A stretch of 64,000 nt of DNA from Heteronotia binoei. Taxonomy: Eukaryota. Every line of letters starts with the position of its first letter. Position 1 is the first letter of the stretch. Below are positions 36,405 through 50,549 of the stretch, one piece after another. The translations under genes and the position numbers were made by a program. The stretch is from NCBI RefSeq assembly GCF_032191835.1, contig NC_083223.1:118730001-118794000 (forward strand), given 5' to 3'. Below the pieces are notes generated by a model that was not told the origin of the DNA, ran no database searches, and saw nothing but the letters and a program-made list of their open reading frames with translations.

Positions 36405-38244
36405 CAGTATGGTGGGACAAAATTCCTGTCTGATCACACACTTAATTTGTCACCTGTCTTCAATGAACCTTACCTAAAACACATCCTGTAGTAATTAACT
36501 GCATATAGAAGGAATTTTCAGCAGTGGAACAGGTCTTCTTTGCCTCCCAGTGCAATTCCAAATGATGCCCAAAATGCTGCTACTGGGACACAAAGGACCT
36601 CCCAGGAATAGCATCATAGGGGAGCCAGAGGTCTGCAGTGGGAGTAGGAGGTTGGGGGGGGGAGGGGAAGGGGGAGGGAACTACCCTTTCAACTCAGGGA
36701 CAGTGGCAAAAATAAGCTGGGAAAAACAGCATTCATCCTTGTAGTGACAAAAGTAAAATAATTAAAAGTCTCTGCATTACCTGGGTCATGCTTTCACATT
36801 CTACCCCAGTTAAAAATCAAACACAACTGGTTTTGGTTAAGGAAACACTGGCCCAGTAGCCTCAGCAACAGGAATGTTCACTCCTTTGTGACCACTGTTA
36901 TATCTGTTTGTGAAGGGCTCCAAATGGTTTAGGAATGGTTTTCTTGAGGGCATAAAAAGATTCACAAAAGCACACCCTCATTCCAGTTCTACTAGTGTAA
37001 ACTGCCTCCATTGTAGGGTGAATTAAGGATAATGTGAAAGCTTTGTTTGTGGTGTTTGGAAAATGGCCATGTGATGTCAGTTTCACATATTCAAGTCATG
37101 AGGAAAATGCATGTGTGAAATCAGCCCAGCTTGCCGGGTACTATAGTGGAAAAAATGTTCCATGGGCCAATTAATGCAGCAGAATGTAATGAAAGAGATT
37201 TGGAGGCCTCTTGCTAAGTTGAAAGTGTTACTTTCCCAAACAAGCCTTTATTTAGTTTCCGTGCTGGTTTTTGCCAATGCTGCTGGATTTCATGAGGAAA
37301 AAGTCCTAGACAAGAAGAAAGCAATTAACTACCCAGCATTTGCTTGTGATTTTAGAGAAAGTCAACATATTTGTTTGCTTATTGGGAACCACTAATGCTT
37401 ATGACATGTCATAAGGGAACTAATCCTTCTGAAGGAGGCCCATTTAATTAAATTATGCAATAAAGACAACGGGAAGCTAAGACAGTTTTAACTCAGAACA
37501 GCCATGAATTTAGTTAGAAAATGGCTTGCAATTCTATTTTAATTTGTAGCCAATGATGACAAGTCATCTGATGACAATGAGGCCTTAGTAGGGCTTGGCA
37601 GATGGATTCTCTTAGACAATCCTTAGACAAAGCACAGCATCATCAGCTTGTAACAGAAGGCATGTGGATGACTGAGGCACATCTGTCTATTGAACTAGCC
37701 CCATCCATGCAGTGCACAAAGACTTTCCTATTGACTGTGGCTGAGACATTGCTTAGCCTACCACTTGAGTGAAAATGAAGCTAAAGTGAAATGAACATCC
37801 AGGGCTTCCATCAAGAATGGTTGGGTTGTCCCAGTGTGGCAAGGAACCCAACCCTTAACAGCTGGTGTTTGCTTGGGAAAGAGAAGCAAGCAGGGCCAGA
37901 GGAGAGAAAAGCAAGTAGCAGTAAGAACCATATCTTCTCATCTGTCTTGTGTCAGTGTGGGATGAGAGTGTGAAATCAGTGCATCATGAACATCCATGCC
38001 CCGTACAAGAAATTAGAAGAGAAATGGATTCAAGAGGAGAGAAAGCCCTGCTGTAACAAAACTCATCCTTCATGCAACTAGGTGTTTTATTAGAGTTAGA
38101 TATGACTATGAGCCTGTATTCCTTATCCCTTGAGTAGGCATTCATGTATACAAACTTAATGTGTATACTGGGTCACTATTATTTATTGGCTTGGACAAAC
38201 TTCAGTGTCTGTGACAGATGGAAAAAGTGTCCATGGTGTTCAAC

Positions 38245-40353
38245 TTGTTGTTCAGTCGCACAGTCGAGTCCAACTCTTTGCAACCCCATGGTCAAAGTCA
38301 CGCCAGGCCCTCCTGTCTTCCACCATCCTCCAAAGTCTGCTCAAATTCATGTTTGTTACATCAGTAATGCTGATCCGCCATCTCATCTTTTGTCGTCCCC
38401 TTCTTCTTTTGCCTTCTGTCTTTCCCAGCATCAGGATCTTCTCCAGTGAGTGCTCCATTCTCATTTGGTGGCCAAAGTATTTGAGCTTCAGCTTCAGCAT
38501 CTGACCTTCCAGGGAACAATCAGGGTTGGATTCCCTTAGGACTGACTGATTTGATCTTCTTGCAGTCCAAGGGACTCTCAAGATTCTTCTCCAGCACCAC
38601 GTCTCAAAAGCATCTATTCTTCTGTGCTTGGCCTTCCTTATAGTCCAGCTCTCACAGCCATACATTACTACTGGAAATACCATCGCTTTGACTATACGGA
38701 CTTTTGTTGGCAGAGTGATGTCTCTACTTTTTATTATACTGCCCAGGTTCGCCATAGCTGTCCTCCCAAGGAGCAAACGTCTTTTAATTTCATGGCTACA
38801 GTCTCCATCTGCAGTGATCTTGGATCCTGGAAATGTGAAGTCTGTCACTACTTCAATGTCTTCCCCTTCTATTTGCCAAGGTGTGATGGGGCTGGATGCC
38901 ATGATCCTAGTTTTTTTTTATGTTGAGTTTCAAGTCTACTTTTGTGGTCTCCTCTTTTACCCTCAACAAGAGGTTCTTTAGGTCCTCTTCACTTTTTGCC
39001 ATTAGAGTGGTATCATCTGCATATTTGAGGTTGTTGATGTTTTTTCTGGCAATCTTAATTCTGGCTTGTGCTTCATCCAGGCCAGCATTCCACATGATAT
39101 ACTCTGCATATAAATTAAATAAGCAGGGTGACAATATACATCCTTGTCGAACCCCCTTTCCTATTCTAAAACAATCAGTTGCTCCATAACCCGTTCTGAC
39201 AGTTGCTTCTTGACCCTTATACAGGTTTCTCAGAAGACATGTGAGGTGGTCTGGTACTCCCATCTCTTTAAGGACTTGCCGCAGTTTGTTGTGATCAACA
39301 CATTCAAAGGCTTTAGCGTAGTCAATGAAGCAGAAATAGACTTTTTTCTGGTACTCCCGTGCTTTCTCCATAATCCAGCGAATGTTGGCAATTTGATCTC
39401 TAGTTCCTTGACCTCTCTGAAACCCAGCTTGAACTTTTGGTAGTTCCCGATCTACATACTGCTGAAGCCTAGCTTGTAGGATCTTTAAGATGACCTTGCT
39501 GGCATGTGAAATGAGTGCAATGGTGCGATAGTTTGAACATTCTTTGGTATTACCCTTCTTTGGGATTGGAATATAAACTGACATTTTCCAATCCTGTGAA
39601 CACTGTTGCATTTTCCAAATTTGTTGACATAATGTGTGCATCACTTTAACAGCATAATCTTTTAGGACTTTGAATAGCTCAACTGGGATACCGTCATCTC
39701 CGCTTGCTTTGTTGTTAGAAATGCTTTCTAAGGCCCATTTGACCACACTCCAGGAAGTCTGGCTTGAAGTCAGCGATTTCACCATCATGGTTGTCAAGAA
39801 CATTGAGATCCTTCTTGTATAATTATTCTGTGTATTCTTGCCACCTCTTCCTGATCTCTTCTGCTTCTGTTAGGTCCCTACCATTTTTGTCCTTTATCAT
39901 GGCCATCTTTGCACAAAACATTCCCTTGATTTCTCCAATTTTCTTGAAGAGATCTCTTGTCCTTCCCATTCTGTTATTTTCCTCTATTGCTTTGCATTGT
40001 TCCTTCAGGAAGGCCTCATCTCTCCTTGCTATTCTCTGGAAATCTGCATTCAGTTGGGTGAACTTTTCCTTTTCACCTTTGCCTTTTGCTTTCCTTCTTT
40101 CCTCAGCTATTTGTAAAGCCTCATCAGACAGCCACTTTGCTTTCTTGCATTTCTTTTTCTTTGGGATGGTGCTGATTGCTGCCTTCTGTACAATGTCACC
40201 AACCTCCGTCCATAGTTCTTCAGGCATTCTGTCTATCAACTCTAGTTCCTTAAACCTATTCTTCACCTCCTCTGTATATTCATAAGGGATGTGATCAAGG
40301 TCAAACCTGAATGGCCTAATGGCTTCCCCAGTTTAAGCCTGAATTTTGCAATG
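38245..40353 (-). mobile_element. RTE-BovB LINE, 5'-truncated, frameshifted
   Basis: ORF pieces 39823-40266, 38907-39803 and 38252-38902 with NYRTIALISHASK, CFIDYAKAF, GVRQGCILSP, NNLKYADD, TLPTKVRIVKAMVFP and LKLKLKYFGH. (caa)n tail. Confidence 0.93.
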
Positions 40354-43300
40354 AGTAGAAGATACTATCAGCCAATAACTATGATCATCTGATAATTTTT
40401 GTGGACGGGAATGCTCAGGCCGATATCCAATAATACCCTGAACTTGTCAAGATTCAGTCTTAACAGTGAAACCCAAAACTCTAGAGTGGAATGAGTTTAT
40501 GGTTATGTTATCCTTTGTTAATTAGTTGTTTCTTTTGGTACGGCAAGTAATAGTTCATACTGATTTGAGGACTGGAGTATGGCATATGAAAATAACTGTT
40601 GCATAAAAACTGATGTTCTGGTGATTTCGGCTGCATTGTTCAAATGATTCTGAGAGGATCAAGCTGCTTTTTCCACTGCACTGCTCTTCTTCCGGAAACT
40701 GTCCTCTCAAACCCACTTTTATTAGAGTGAACGTTAGTTGTGTATAACATGCAAACAACTCAAAGACAGTTGGGTTATATCAGCCTTGGCATGTGGACCA
40801 GCTGTCAGAAATTCAACAGAAACATGACTTCAGCTAATTGTACAGCCCAAAAATTCAAACTGCTCCAAACACACAAAGAAACGGGTAAATTACTCACAAT
40901 ATCTGAAACTTAAGCAGCCAAATTCTTCCAGCTGGTATAGTTGCTATCTTGCACATTCTCTTTTAAAATACATAATTATATAAGCATTGGCTGTATTGAT
41001 CCTTATTTTTCAGAAAAGGGAACCTTCAATATTGTACTCCTGAAGCTAAATATGAAGTGACCATATGTATTACTATGTTTCATTTAAGACCATCAGTGCT
41101 ATTTGGTATTTCAAATTTTCTAATTCCAGGCAGATCTGATTTTCACAGGTTTGTTCCATTTTTAGTTTTCACTGTGGTACAGCATTGCCAATCAATTAAG
41201 ACAGTGAAATGTGGAGGTGCAGGGTTCTGATACCTTTAGTGCCTTACATTTGTGAAGGTATGCTTTATTGGAATAAGTAAAAAATATTTGCATGTTAACG
41301 TGTTTGGGACTGAGTGCCAGTCAGGGATTTCCTCAGAGAGATGTTTACATAGCCATCCCTTGCTTCAGAACCCAAGACAGTTAGGGGCATTCAATCAGAG
41401 ACTCACTGGGGAGGAAATCTGTGGGAGACCTACTGAGTGGTATTTGACTAGCTTTAAAAGAAAAAGTTTTAACACTTTTATTCTCTAGATATGAAAAGAT
41501 TTCATATCTAGAGAATAACAGTGCAGTTTTTACTTCTCTTTATACTTTACTACCAGAGAGTTGAGCATCTTCAAAAGGATGGCTTGAATCAATACAATCC
41601 TGACAAAATCAGGGCAGTTGACAACTGTACAAAGAACAACCTTTAATAGCCTCTATTGCTAAGGGCATATAATAATAACCAGAATATTTCATAATAGCCT
41701 TTTATTGAAATATTTTGTATACCATGAGAAGGCCAATAATTTCTAGGCTAAACTTTTAAAACCACTGATGTGACTATAAAATACAAGATATTGCTTAATA
41801 ATAAACAATGTATGCATAATTGTTACATATGTTTATCTTTCAACAAGGATAAAAGTTATTGGGGCAATGCAGAAAGAGAGGCATATTATACACCAACCTA
41901 GCATTCTGTTGCATGCAAGGGAACTCCCATGTACAGTACATATGGAGCTGCCCAGTTCCCATCTTGTATCCTCCTTTTGCAAACTGATGCACACCCACAG
42001 TTCTGAATCAGAGTAACTCAAGGTATTTGAAGTGTAAAGTGCAGCTCTGTATGAGAGATATTGCAATGGTTTACAGACTCATGGAATATGATCATCCCGA
42101 GGCATCAGTTTTGACAGCTTAAGCTGCTCCCACTGTATGTATCTGCCTTTAAACACTACAAAAGTTGCATCTGTATAATCATCTTTCCCATGCCACCCCC
42201 TTCCCACTCTAGTCTGTCCCACAAGTCCCCCACAAAAATGTCTAGCCTAATGGAAATTTTATTCTTAAAAAACCCACAGAGATGACAGTATATAAATACC
42301 TTTTATTTACACATTCAAATGATGTCTGTAAACCTCCCAATGGTGTCTGTTCTAAAATCAAAACACCACCCATAAACAGTGCTGTGAGGAATTACATATT
42401 TACTCTGCTGTGTGCTCTTGCTTTTTGGTTTGTGCCGGATTAATATATCCACCACATGTCTTAAATTAAAAGAAAAAAAATATTGTGGGTAAGATAGAAC
42501 CTGGAAAGAAAAAGTTTCACCAGTCAAACTGAGACTGAAGAAAGGGGATAAAAAGAACAAAATGAAAAGAAATGTTTTGGGGTTTTTTTCTTTCCAAACA
42601 TGGTGAACCACAACCACACTTTCTAGTCTTTAACCATGTCTTATGAAGACTGCAGTCAAGTGAACAATGCGTATGGGAGTATATAAACAAGCAGAGCCAG
42701 CACATTCATGCTTGCAGAGATGGAAGGGCAGTAAGTAAAATGTGAAGTGGAGCTAGAGTCGAAATAACCTTTCACATTCATTAGGAATGAGGGAATATAA
42801 TGGCAAGCCAGAGAGGCAGAAAAGGTTGACCAAGAATCAAGCCAGACCACAGGCAATCTTGGATGGTTCTTGATTGTTCATTAGGGTCTTTCTAATGTAG
42901 TGACTCAGTCTAGTAGTGACTCAAATGACTTAGTGAACAAGATGCAATGATAATAGGCACCAGAAAGTGAGAAACAGAAAAGGTGGTCTGGATCTTGCTA
43001 CAGTCTAAAAACAGGGGCTACTTAAGGTTAATATTCAAGGGCATGATTTAAAAAAAACAAAATCTTTAGACAAGCAGTTTCTCCCAAACAATATCATAAG
43101 ATTATTTTTACAATTCCTCTTTGTTTCCCAAGTGGCTTTCATTCAGGATCTGCAATTTCAAACTTTCTTTAAGTATGTGGAACAAGGATTAAATTCTTTG
43201 CAGCCACTCTATGGCTTAGATACTGGCATAGAAACAACCTGCTTTCATCCATGTTTTGCTGTAACCATAGTTTAGGGTTGTGTCATTTGAGAGCTCATTA

Positions 43301-44111
43301 TAATTAGAGCTAATGGGATTGCTCAGAACCACAATCCACAACTGATTTTGAACTATGGGGTTAAATTATGTATTGAAGCAATCCTGATTTACTCCTGTTC
43401 AGTGCTTAACCAAACAGCTTAACTCTGGATGCAGCAAATTTTGGAAAGGAATGGAGGCTGGAGGAGGAAATGTGTGAATTTACAGTATCTTTCCAGTCTT
43501 TAATCATAGTTTTCATTATTTCCAGTGGAAATTATTCTCAGAGATACAAACAAGGCCTAAAAGTGCTTAGTTTAGTGTAGATCAGGGCTGGTAACTTTAC
43601 TATGGGTACTTTAAGGTCCCCCTGATTTCAGTAGGATACAGCATGCATTTTACCTTTGCTATTGAAAGCAACAAACCTAAACACACTTCAGTTTGGTTGG
43701 ATTGTGCTCTTTTAAGTACATGCATATGAAATGATAAATAAACACCTATTGGTATTTAGGTAGATACTATAGTGAAGTCACACCTATTTGAGGCGGGGGG
43801 GAGGGATGCCACAGTTTAGAAACAAACTAGACAAGAGGTACTAACTATATCTATGATAGCATCTCTCCTTTATTTAAACCTTGCTAAACACCCATGAGGG
43901 AGTCAGTTTATTTGCTGTGCCCTTTTCCCAATATAAATCACATCTCTCTAACCCCCCCTCCCCCACAACCCAGTGATTTGCCACTATATGGAAGAATACA
44001 TTTGCATATAACACTTAGGAAAAAATGATGCGGAAAGAGCTGCATCAAGCAGCACCACAACCTAGTCACTGTCTAACAAACTTTAGATTTTCCAATAATT
44101 TAGTCATAGAT

Positions 44112-44929
44112 TAGGCTTCCCAACCCCCCCCCCCCCGCCCTGGCAGGGGACCCCCGAATTTGCAGCCTCCTCCCCCGCTCTCGAAAAATCTGGGGGCGGG
44201 GGGGGGGGAGAGAGAACATACCTGTAGGCATCATGTCATTGTAGAGCTTCTGATCCGTTTTTAAAATCTGTCCCTTTAAGGCTGCACAGGAAACAGGAAG
44301 GGCTTCATGGGAAAGGGTCAGTAACAGTTTCCATGGAGAACGGCCCCTCCCTTTCTTTTCCTGTGCAGCCTTGCTTTCGTTTTCACAGCCAACAAAGTTC
44401 TGCTGGAAGAAGACCAAGTAAGTATTTGTGTGTGAGAGAGAGGGAGGGGGATTCCCTGGTATGGAGGCCCTCCCCCCCCTTTAGAAAGCGTGAGGGGGGA
44501 GGAGGGAAATGTCTACTAGGCACTCTATTATTCCCTATGGAGAACGATTCCCATAGGGAATAGATCTGTGGGTATTGGGGGCTCGGGGGGGCTATTTTTT
44601 GAGGTAAAGGCACCAAATTTTCAGTATAGCATCTAGTGCCTCTCCCCAAAATACCCCCCAAGTTTCAAAACAATTGGATCAGAGGGTCCAATTCTATGAG
44701 CCCCAAAAGATGGTGCCCCTATCCTTAATTATTTCCTATGGAAGAAAGGCATTTAAAAAGGTGTGCTGTCCCTTTAAATGTGATGGCCAGAACTCCCTTG
44801 GAGTTCAATTATGCTTGTCACACCCTTGTTCCTGGCTCCACCCCAATGTCTCCTGGCTCCACCCCCAAAGTCTCCTGGCTCCGCCCCCAAAGTCCCCAGA
44901 TTTTTCTTTAATTGGACTTGGCAACCCTA
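44112..44929. mobile_element. 818-bp hAT MITE (TAGGGTTGCCA-type TIR)
   Basis: Ends taggcttccca / tggcaacccta with a perfect 8-bp TSD tcatagat (44104-44111, 44930-44937). Confidence 0.9.
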
Positions 44930-46351
44930 TCATAGATTCCAAATATCTTTGTCTACTTTGACTCTCAAATAAGTGCACTGACCTTGCTTTGTCTTGGAAT
45001 AGCCCAATCTGATAGGCAGGAACATCCCAGATCTTGAGAACCACCAGCAATTAGAACCACAACAAACTAAAGATTGGGGGGTGGGGATGGAATCTGAAAC
45101 AAACCCAGCCATTGGCCTATTACCCAGTCACCATTTAGACTTGTGTTACAGATCTTGTGTCAATATTTAATGGTTTAGTGAGTGCCTGAGTTTGGCTAAG
45201 GCATAAAAGCAGTCAACCTCCTTTGCAGAGCAATACATTTCGTCAAACAGGGTAAAAAGTTTAACGTGGAGCCCAATCATGCTTTTACAGCTGAAAGACT
45301 TACAGCTTTAAGAGCTGTTTGACAGTCAGGCTTTCCCCAGACTTTTCGGCATTATGTCTATTTTCCAGTTGAGGTTTTGAGTTACTCTCTTGCTGATTTG
45401 CCCATGTACAAGCCCACATAGAGCTGAATATGAATGATGCAGCAATGCTCTGGAATGTTTAACTGCTATTTTTTGGGGGGGTGGGGGGGACCTTTCCATG
45501 CACTAGCTGCAACCAATCAATTTCTGCCTGATGCCAAGAAATTAAACACAGTAAAGCCAGACCCTTCTCAGCAGTGAGTTGATTGCTTTAAATAAGGGAG
45601 ATTTCCTGAATGTTTAAATTGAAACTTCTACTATGATTAAAGCAATGAGAAGGGACCAGGATGGCTTCCTAACTATTTAGTTCCTAAAATTTCTGTGAGG
45701 TCTGGAGATGACAAATTCAATTCTGATGTGCTGTGTTTTACACTCTGCAGGCTGTAGTTAAAAGGGGGGAAACTAATCAGGCTTGGGTTTCCCAGGGGCT
45801 GAACTTTAAGATGTTTTCCTATTTAAACTTATGGAAATATGTTAAAACCCACAGTGACTGGATGAGGATTATACAATATGAAATGTATGTGCCAGTAGGT
45901 GTTTTGTTTTTGTTTTTTGCCCTGTGTGCATATTTAAACTTCTTACTACTTTTGTTTGTTTAATCTTTCATCCTGCTGGGGGGAAAAATGCCTTAACCAG
46001 ATTTTATTATCACAAGAGGAATTGTTTATAGTACACTCCAAAAGATGGTGGATGAGAACTGGGCCAATTAGATTATGTTTTCAGATTGAGCTGCTTCACT
46101 GCCCCCCCCCCCACTATTTTTTAACAAGGGGCTTGTAGAATACATGGTAGGTACTCAAAACTACCAGAGGTATGATGAGAAGTGGGATCCCCTTGGCATA
46201 CACAAAGCTCAAGTGAGAAATAAATTCTCTCTTATGCACTCCACACAGCTCACTAGCCTCGTCTGCCTGCAAACAAAATTCACTAGCTTATTTTACAGGT
46301 CTCCAGTAACAATAAAGATAGAATGAATTCCCACAAGAAGCATTCATTAAA

Positions 46352-46575
46352 GCCCTGATCTGGATAGCCCAGGCAAGCTTGATCTTGTTAGATCTTGGAC
46401 GCTAAGTAGGGCCAACTCTGGCAACTACTGGGATGAGAGACCTCCTTGGAACACCAGGAGTGAGAGGTAGAGGCAGAGGTAGATCTGCCACCTCTCTGAA
46501 TGTCCTCCATGCTCCAGTAGGGGTCACCAGAAGTCACCATGACTTCCAGGAATGTGCGCACACGTGTGCACACAC
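46352..46575 (+). mobile_element. 5S rRNA-derived SINE with a Sauria/BovB-like tail
   Basis: 46375-46458 aligns to the 5S rRNA internal region (gatcttgttagatcttggacgctaagtaggg...gggatgagagacc). It ends in gtcacc...gacttccagg and (ca)n. Confidence 0.7.
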
Positions 46576-47766
46576 AAAAAATGAAAAAAGCCCACCAAAA
46601 ATAAGCATTTATGAAAATATATAAACATATATTTCCCATAAATGAAGAACTTGATGTAAAATTCATCAGAAGAATCAACATTTATTATCCAGGCATGGAT
46701 ATGTGTGAGAGAATCTCATGCATAGCTAGAAAACTCTGTTTTCCTCTTCTACTTTCTATAAAAACTGGATCTTTAGCGGCAGGAAGAGCTGCTGGGAAAA
46801 TGCTCGAAGCTTCTGTGTTGTGCTCAGTTTTCCCCTACAAAAGCCCAATCCACCATTTCTATATGCACATAGGGTTGCTAGGATTGTGCTGGAAAATATC
46901 TGGAGACTTTGGGGGCGAAGCCAGGAGAGGGCAGTGTTGGGGGAGCGGAGAGGCCTCAGCCTGATACAATGTCATAGAGTCCACCCTTCAAAGCAGCCAT
47001 TTCTCCAGGGGAGTTGACCTCTGCCATCTGGAGATCAGTTGTAAAAGAGGGAGATCTCCAGGCCCCAGCTGGAGGCTAGCAACCCTACGTGCTGTCAGTT
47101 ACTGGTTTATTTGAATGTGCTCCTCTCATCTGATATCACATGTACCAGCTAATGTTGTCACACAGCACTGCAGCTGGAAATGAACTCACTAGGCTCCAGA
47201 CGGAGTTAAACCTTAGAGTCCATAAAATAAAAGGTGACACAAAATGGCTGGCAAGAAGGCAGAGGAAGGGTGTGGGAAGTCATGCCTGCCCCAGAAGGAA
47301 AGGAAGAGAGTGTTAGGGTTGCCATGTTCCCCCTGACCACCAGCTGGGGATGGGGGATAAGACTGCCAGATCCAGGTTGAGAAACTCCTAGAGATTTGGG
47401 GATGTAGCCTAGGGAGGACAGGGACCTCAGTGGGGAGCAAAGTCATAGAATCCACCCTCCAAAGCATCCATTTTATTGAAGGGAATAAATCTGGAGATGA
47501 ACTGTAATTCCGGAGGATCCTCAGGTCCCACAAGCACAAGCTGGCATCCCTAGGAGTCTGTGCTTTTATGTGGCTGCTTATCCTATAAAGAAGAAATCAG
47601 GCCATTTGTGTTTTCTCAGATTTGCACTGGAACTTTTTGTATCTTGTATAGTTTGGAAAGAAAAATATTTTTCTTATTTTATATTTTACATTGTTAGCAG
47701 TAGGAAAGTTAGTTCTGAATTAATAGGCATCAACTAAGTTCTATAACTATAAAGTTTATTTTTAAT

Positions 47767-48200
47767 CAAGGGTCATTTCATAGAAAAAGAGGTGCTGTAA
47801 CATATTAGCATAACTTTTTTGCGTATGCCACACACTCCTGACATCACTGGAAAGTGTAATATGTTATATCAACTCAGCATCTCCCTTAAAATGCTTCTTG
47901 AATTATAATTGTCATAATAAAACCTTACTCCCATCATACTTTTTAAATTACTTTCTCCTATGAGGCCACAGTGGCATGAAGATTTCCATCTGTCTGTTTT
48001 ATATGTTTTGGTTATTTTCCTATTTTTTTGTGGGGGGAAATATTAGAAAGATTGTCAAATCTTAGAGTTCAGCAAAATTCTCACAGGGGGTTTGAACAAT
48101 GGAGCCCAGAAAGCCCAGGGGTTTAAGAAAGAAAGAGCACAATAAAATTTAGAGGTTCTGGAGCTCCGCTGCTGTGAGCTCCTGCCCAAAATGAGGCCTG
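47767..48200. mobile_element. ~435-bp hAT MITE
   Basis: Ends caagggtcatttc / aaaatgaggcctg, TSD tttttaat / tctttaat (7/8). Homologue at 9540-9995. Confidence 0.85.
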
Positions 48201-49365
48201 TCTTTAATAAAAGAAACTGCTGATAATCCTATTCATTGGAGTTCATAAGTGTCATTGTTATTCATTCATTTGGATTTTCAGGTTTAAGAAGTAAAATCTA
48301 TATAAATAGTTTAAAAAAACAAAACAAAACAAAAACCCTGCTGCCAAGCTTTTCAGCTATAATACAGAAAGAATTTGGCACTTGTGGTTACAGGGAATTT
48401 ATACTTTGTGTTAAGATGTGTTTATATAAATAGAAAATTAGCTGTTTCAGAAGCAACAAATGTCAGCTCTGTACAGGGAGGTTCTTTAAACATGCGATTA
48501 TATGGCTTCAGTTAGGCTTGAGCTTGCTGTTTTCCAATACATAGATTTTGGCTGCTGGAGTAGAGAAGCCATTTTCCTGTTAGTGCTCCAACACAAATGT
48601 TGGTTTTAAATTTCTTGTTCCATAAACACCATCATTTTGACTGATGCACCATCAGTGACATCTGTTGATAAGTGTGGCTTGGGTTTCTTTCGAAATAAAC
48701 TTGAACCAGTCCGTTGTTGTTCAAAAGTGTTGTGCTATTGTAAGCTCTGCAAACTGCAGTGGCAGCATTTATGACTGCGTTTACAAAGTTGCTAACCATG
48801 AGGGCAGGGGTTAGGGCAAGGGCTGCTTAATGAGCAAGAGGGTTCAAGCAGAAGGTGCAAAATCTGCTGTTGTAACTTTGGGTGTAAGTTGCGAACGTCA
48901 TAATAGATTAGGTAGCTGATCTTTATGTGGCCTATTTTGCAAATTCACGTAAAACTTCTATCTGGACAAAGTCATTCTCCAACTTTAGTGGCATAAGCAA
49001 CATTTTGATGGTAAGACACATAGAAACACATCATGCCACATAATAAGAGGAATTTATGAAGATTTTCATTTTTCAATAGCAGGGTAGCTTACCGGAAAAC
49101 AAACCATGATGAAATGGCAGCACTACAAGAAACCAATCATAGCTGAACGGGTATTGAAGGGCTGTAAAATGAGCAGAATCAAAAATTAAAGTTTTGCAAG
49201 CAATTCAAACTGTTGGTCTGAATGGAGGTGACAGTGAGCTGAGCACAGCTCTGGAGGTCTGAAAGATCTGCAGAAGAAGAGGAATACAGAAAAGTCAGCA
49301 AGGTAGCTGTTGCTGTGTTAGACTTGGACTGCAGACACCCAGCCTCAAATCCCCCCTCAGATATG

Positions 49366-49656
49366 AAGGAGAAGGAGGGCGAGATTGAATTTATACCCCA
49401 CCCTTCACTACCCAAAGAGGTCTCAGAGGGGCTTACAATCTCCTTTACCTTCCCCACCCTTCACTACCCAAAGAGGTCTCAGAGGGGCTTACAATCTCCT
49501 TTACCTTCCCTCCCTGTTCTTGAGAGGAACAGCTCTGCGAGAACTTGTGACTGACTCAAGGTCAAAGCAGCAGGTACAGGTGGAGGAATGAAGAATCAAA
49601 CCTGGTTCTCCCAGATAAAAGTCTGCACACTTAACTACTATGCCAAACTGGCTCTC
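49366..49656 (-). mobile_element. Squam3-like SINE with an internal 56-bp tandem duplication
   Basis: Head ccaaactggctctc at 49643-49656. The unit from 49396 is repeated at 49452. Confidence 0.8.
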
Positions 49657-49976
49657 ATGGCTTTAGGCCAACCAACCACTTTCCCTCAGCCCAAGCTATT
49701 TTAAAGCAAGAGGGTTCAAGCAAGGTTATTGTAAAATGGGAAAGAAGAGGGACATGTAGGCCACTTTGACCTCCAAGAAGGCAGGAGAAGCATAAAAGTA
49801 CCCTACACAAACACACACAGAAGAGAGTATAAAACATGTTTTTGCTTGAACATTGACTGGTGGTCAAACATGTCTGACAGCTGCTGTTACATCCCAGAAA
49901 CAAATGATTTGAGACGGCTGGATTTATGTTAAACCAACAAATACTATTATCCCTATGACATCACTACTGGATAGCC

Positions 49977-50549
49977 CAGGGGTGTCGAGCTCATTTGTTA
50001 TGAGGGCTGGATCTGACATAAATGAGACCTTGAGGGGCCGGGCCATGTCGGGTTGGGCTGAGCCATCTCAGGCCAAGCCATGTGTGCACCTATTTAAGAT
50101 TAGGTAGCAGAGATATACATTTTTATATGGTACAAAAACAAATATATATTTTTAAAAACTTAGAACATGCTTAAAATGTTAGCACTCATTGGTCTTAAAG
50201 GTGCTTTCTTTGTATTTCTTCCATGGGATCCAGGGAACTGGATCCTTCCCCAGGAATTGGGGGGGAAGCCTCAGCCAATAGAAGGAAGAGAGGCTTGGCT
50301 CAGTAGCTCTGCTGTGCGACTGAGAGAGCCTGGCAAAGCAAGCTATTCCTCCCCTCTTCCTCCCCAAGGGAGAAGCCTCAGCCAATGGAGAAAACAGAGG
50401 TTTTGTTCTGTAGTTCCTGTGCAACTGAGCAAGCCTGGCAAAGCAAACTGTTATGCAGAAGGAAGCAAGAGAGAGGGAGAAGGAAGCAGATGACAACCAA
50501 TTGCTCAGGGGCCTGATTCGGCCCCCAAACTGCATGTTTGACACCCCTG
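49977..50549. mobile_element. 573-bp hAT (Charlie-like) MITE
   Basis: TIR caggggtgtc / gacacccctg with a perfect 8-bp TSD ggatagcc (49969-49976, 50550-50557). Confidence 0.92.

Noticed and set aside
46352-46460. Functional 5S rRNA gene
   Set aside because: Heavily diverged, lacks the 5S 5' end and T-run terminator, and is fused to a SINE body and tail.
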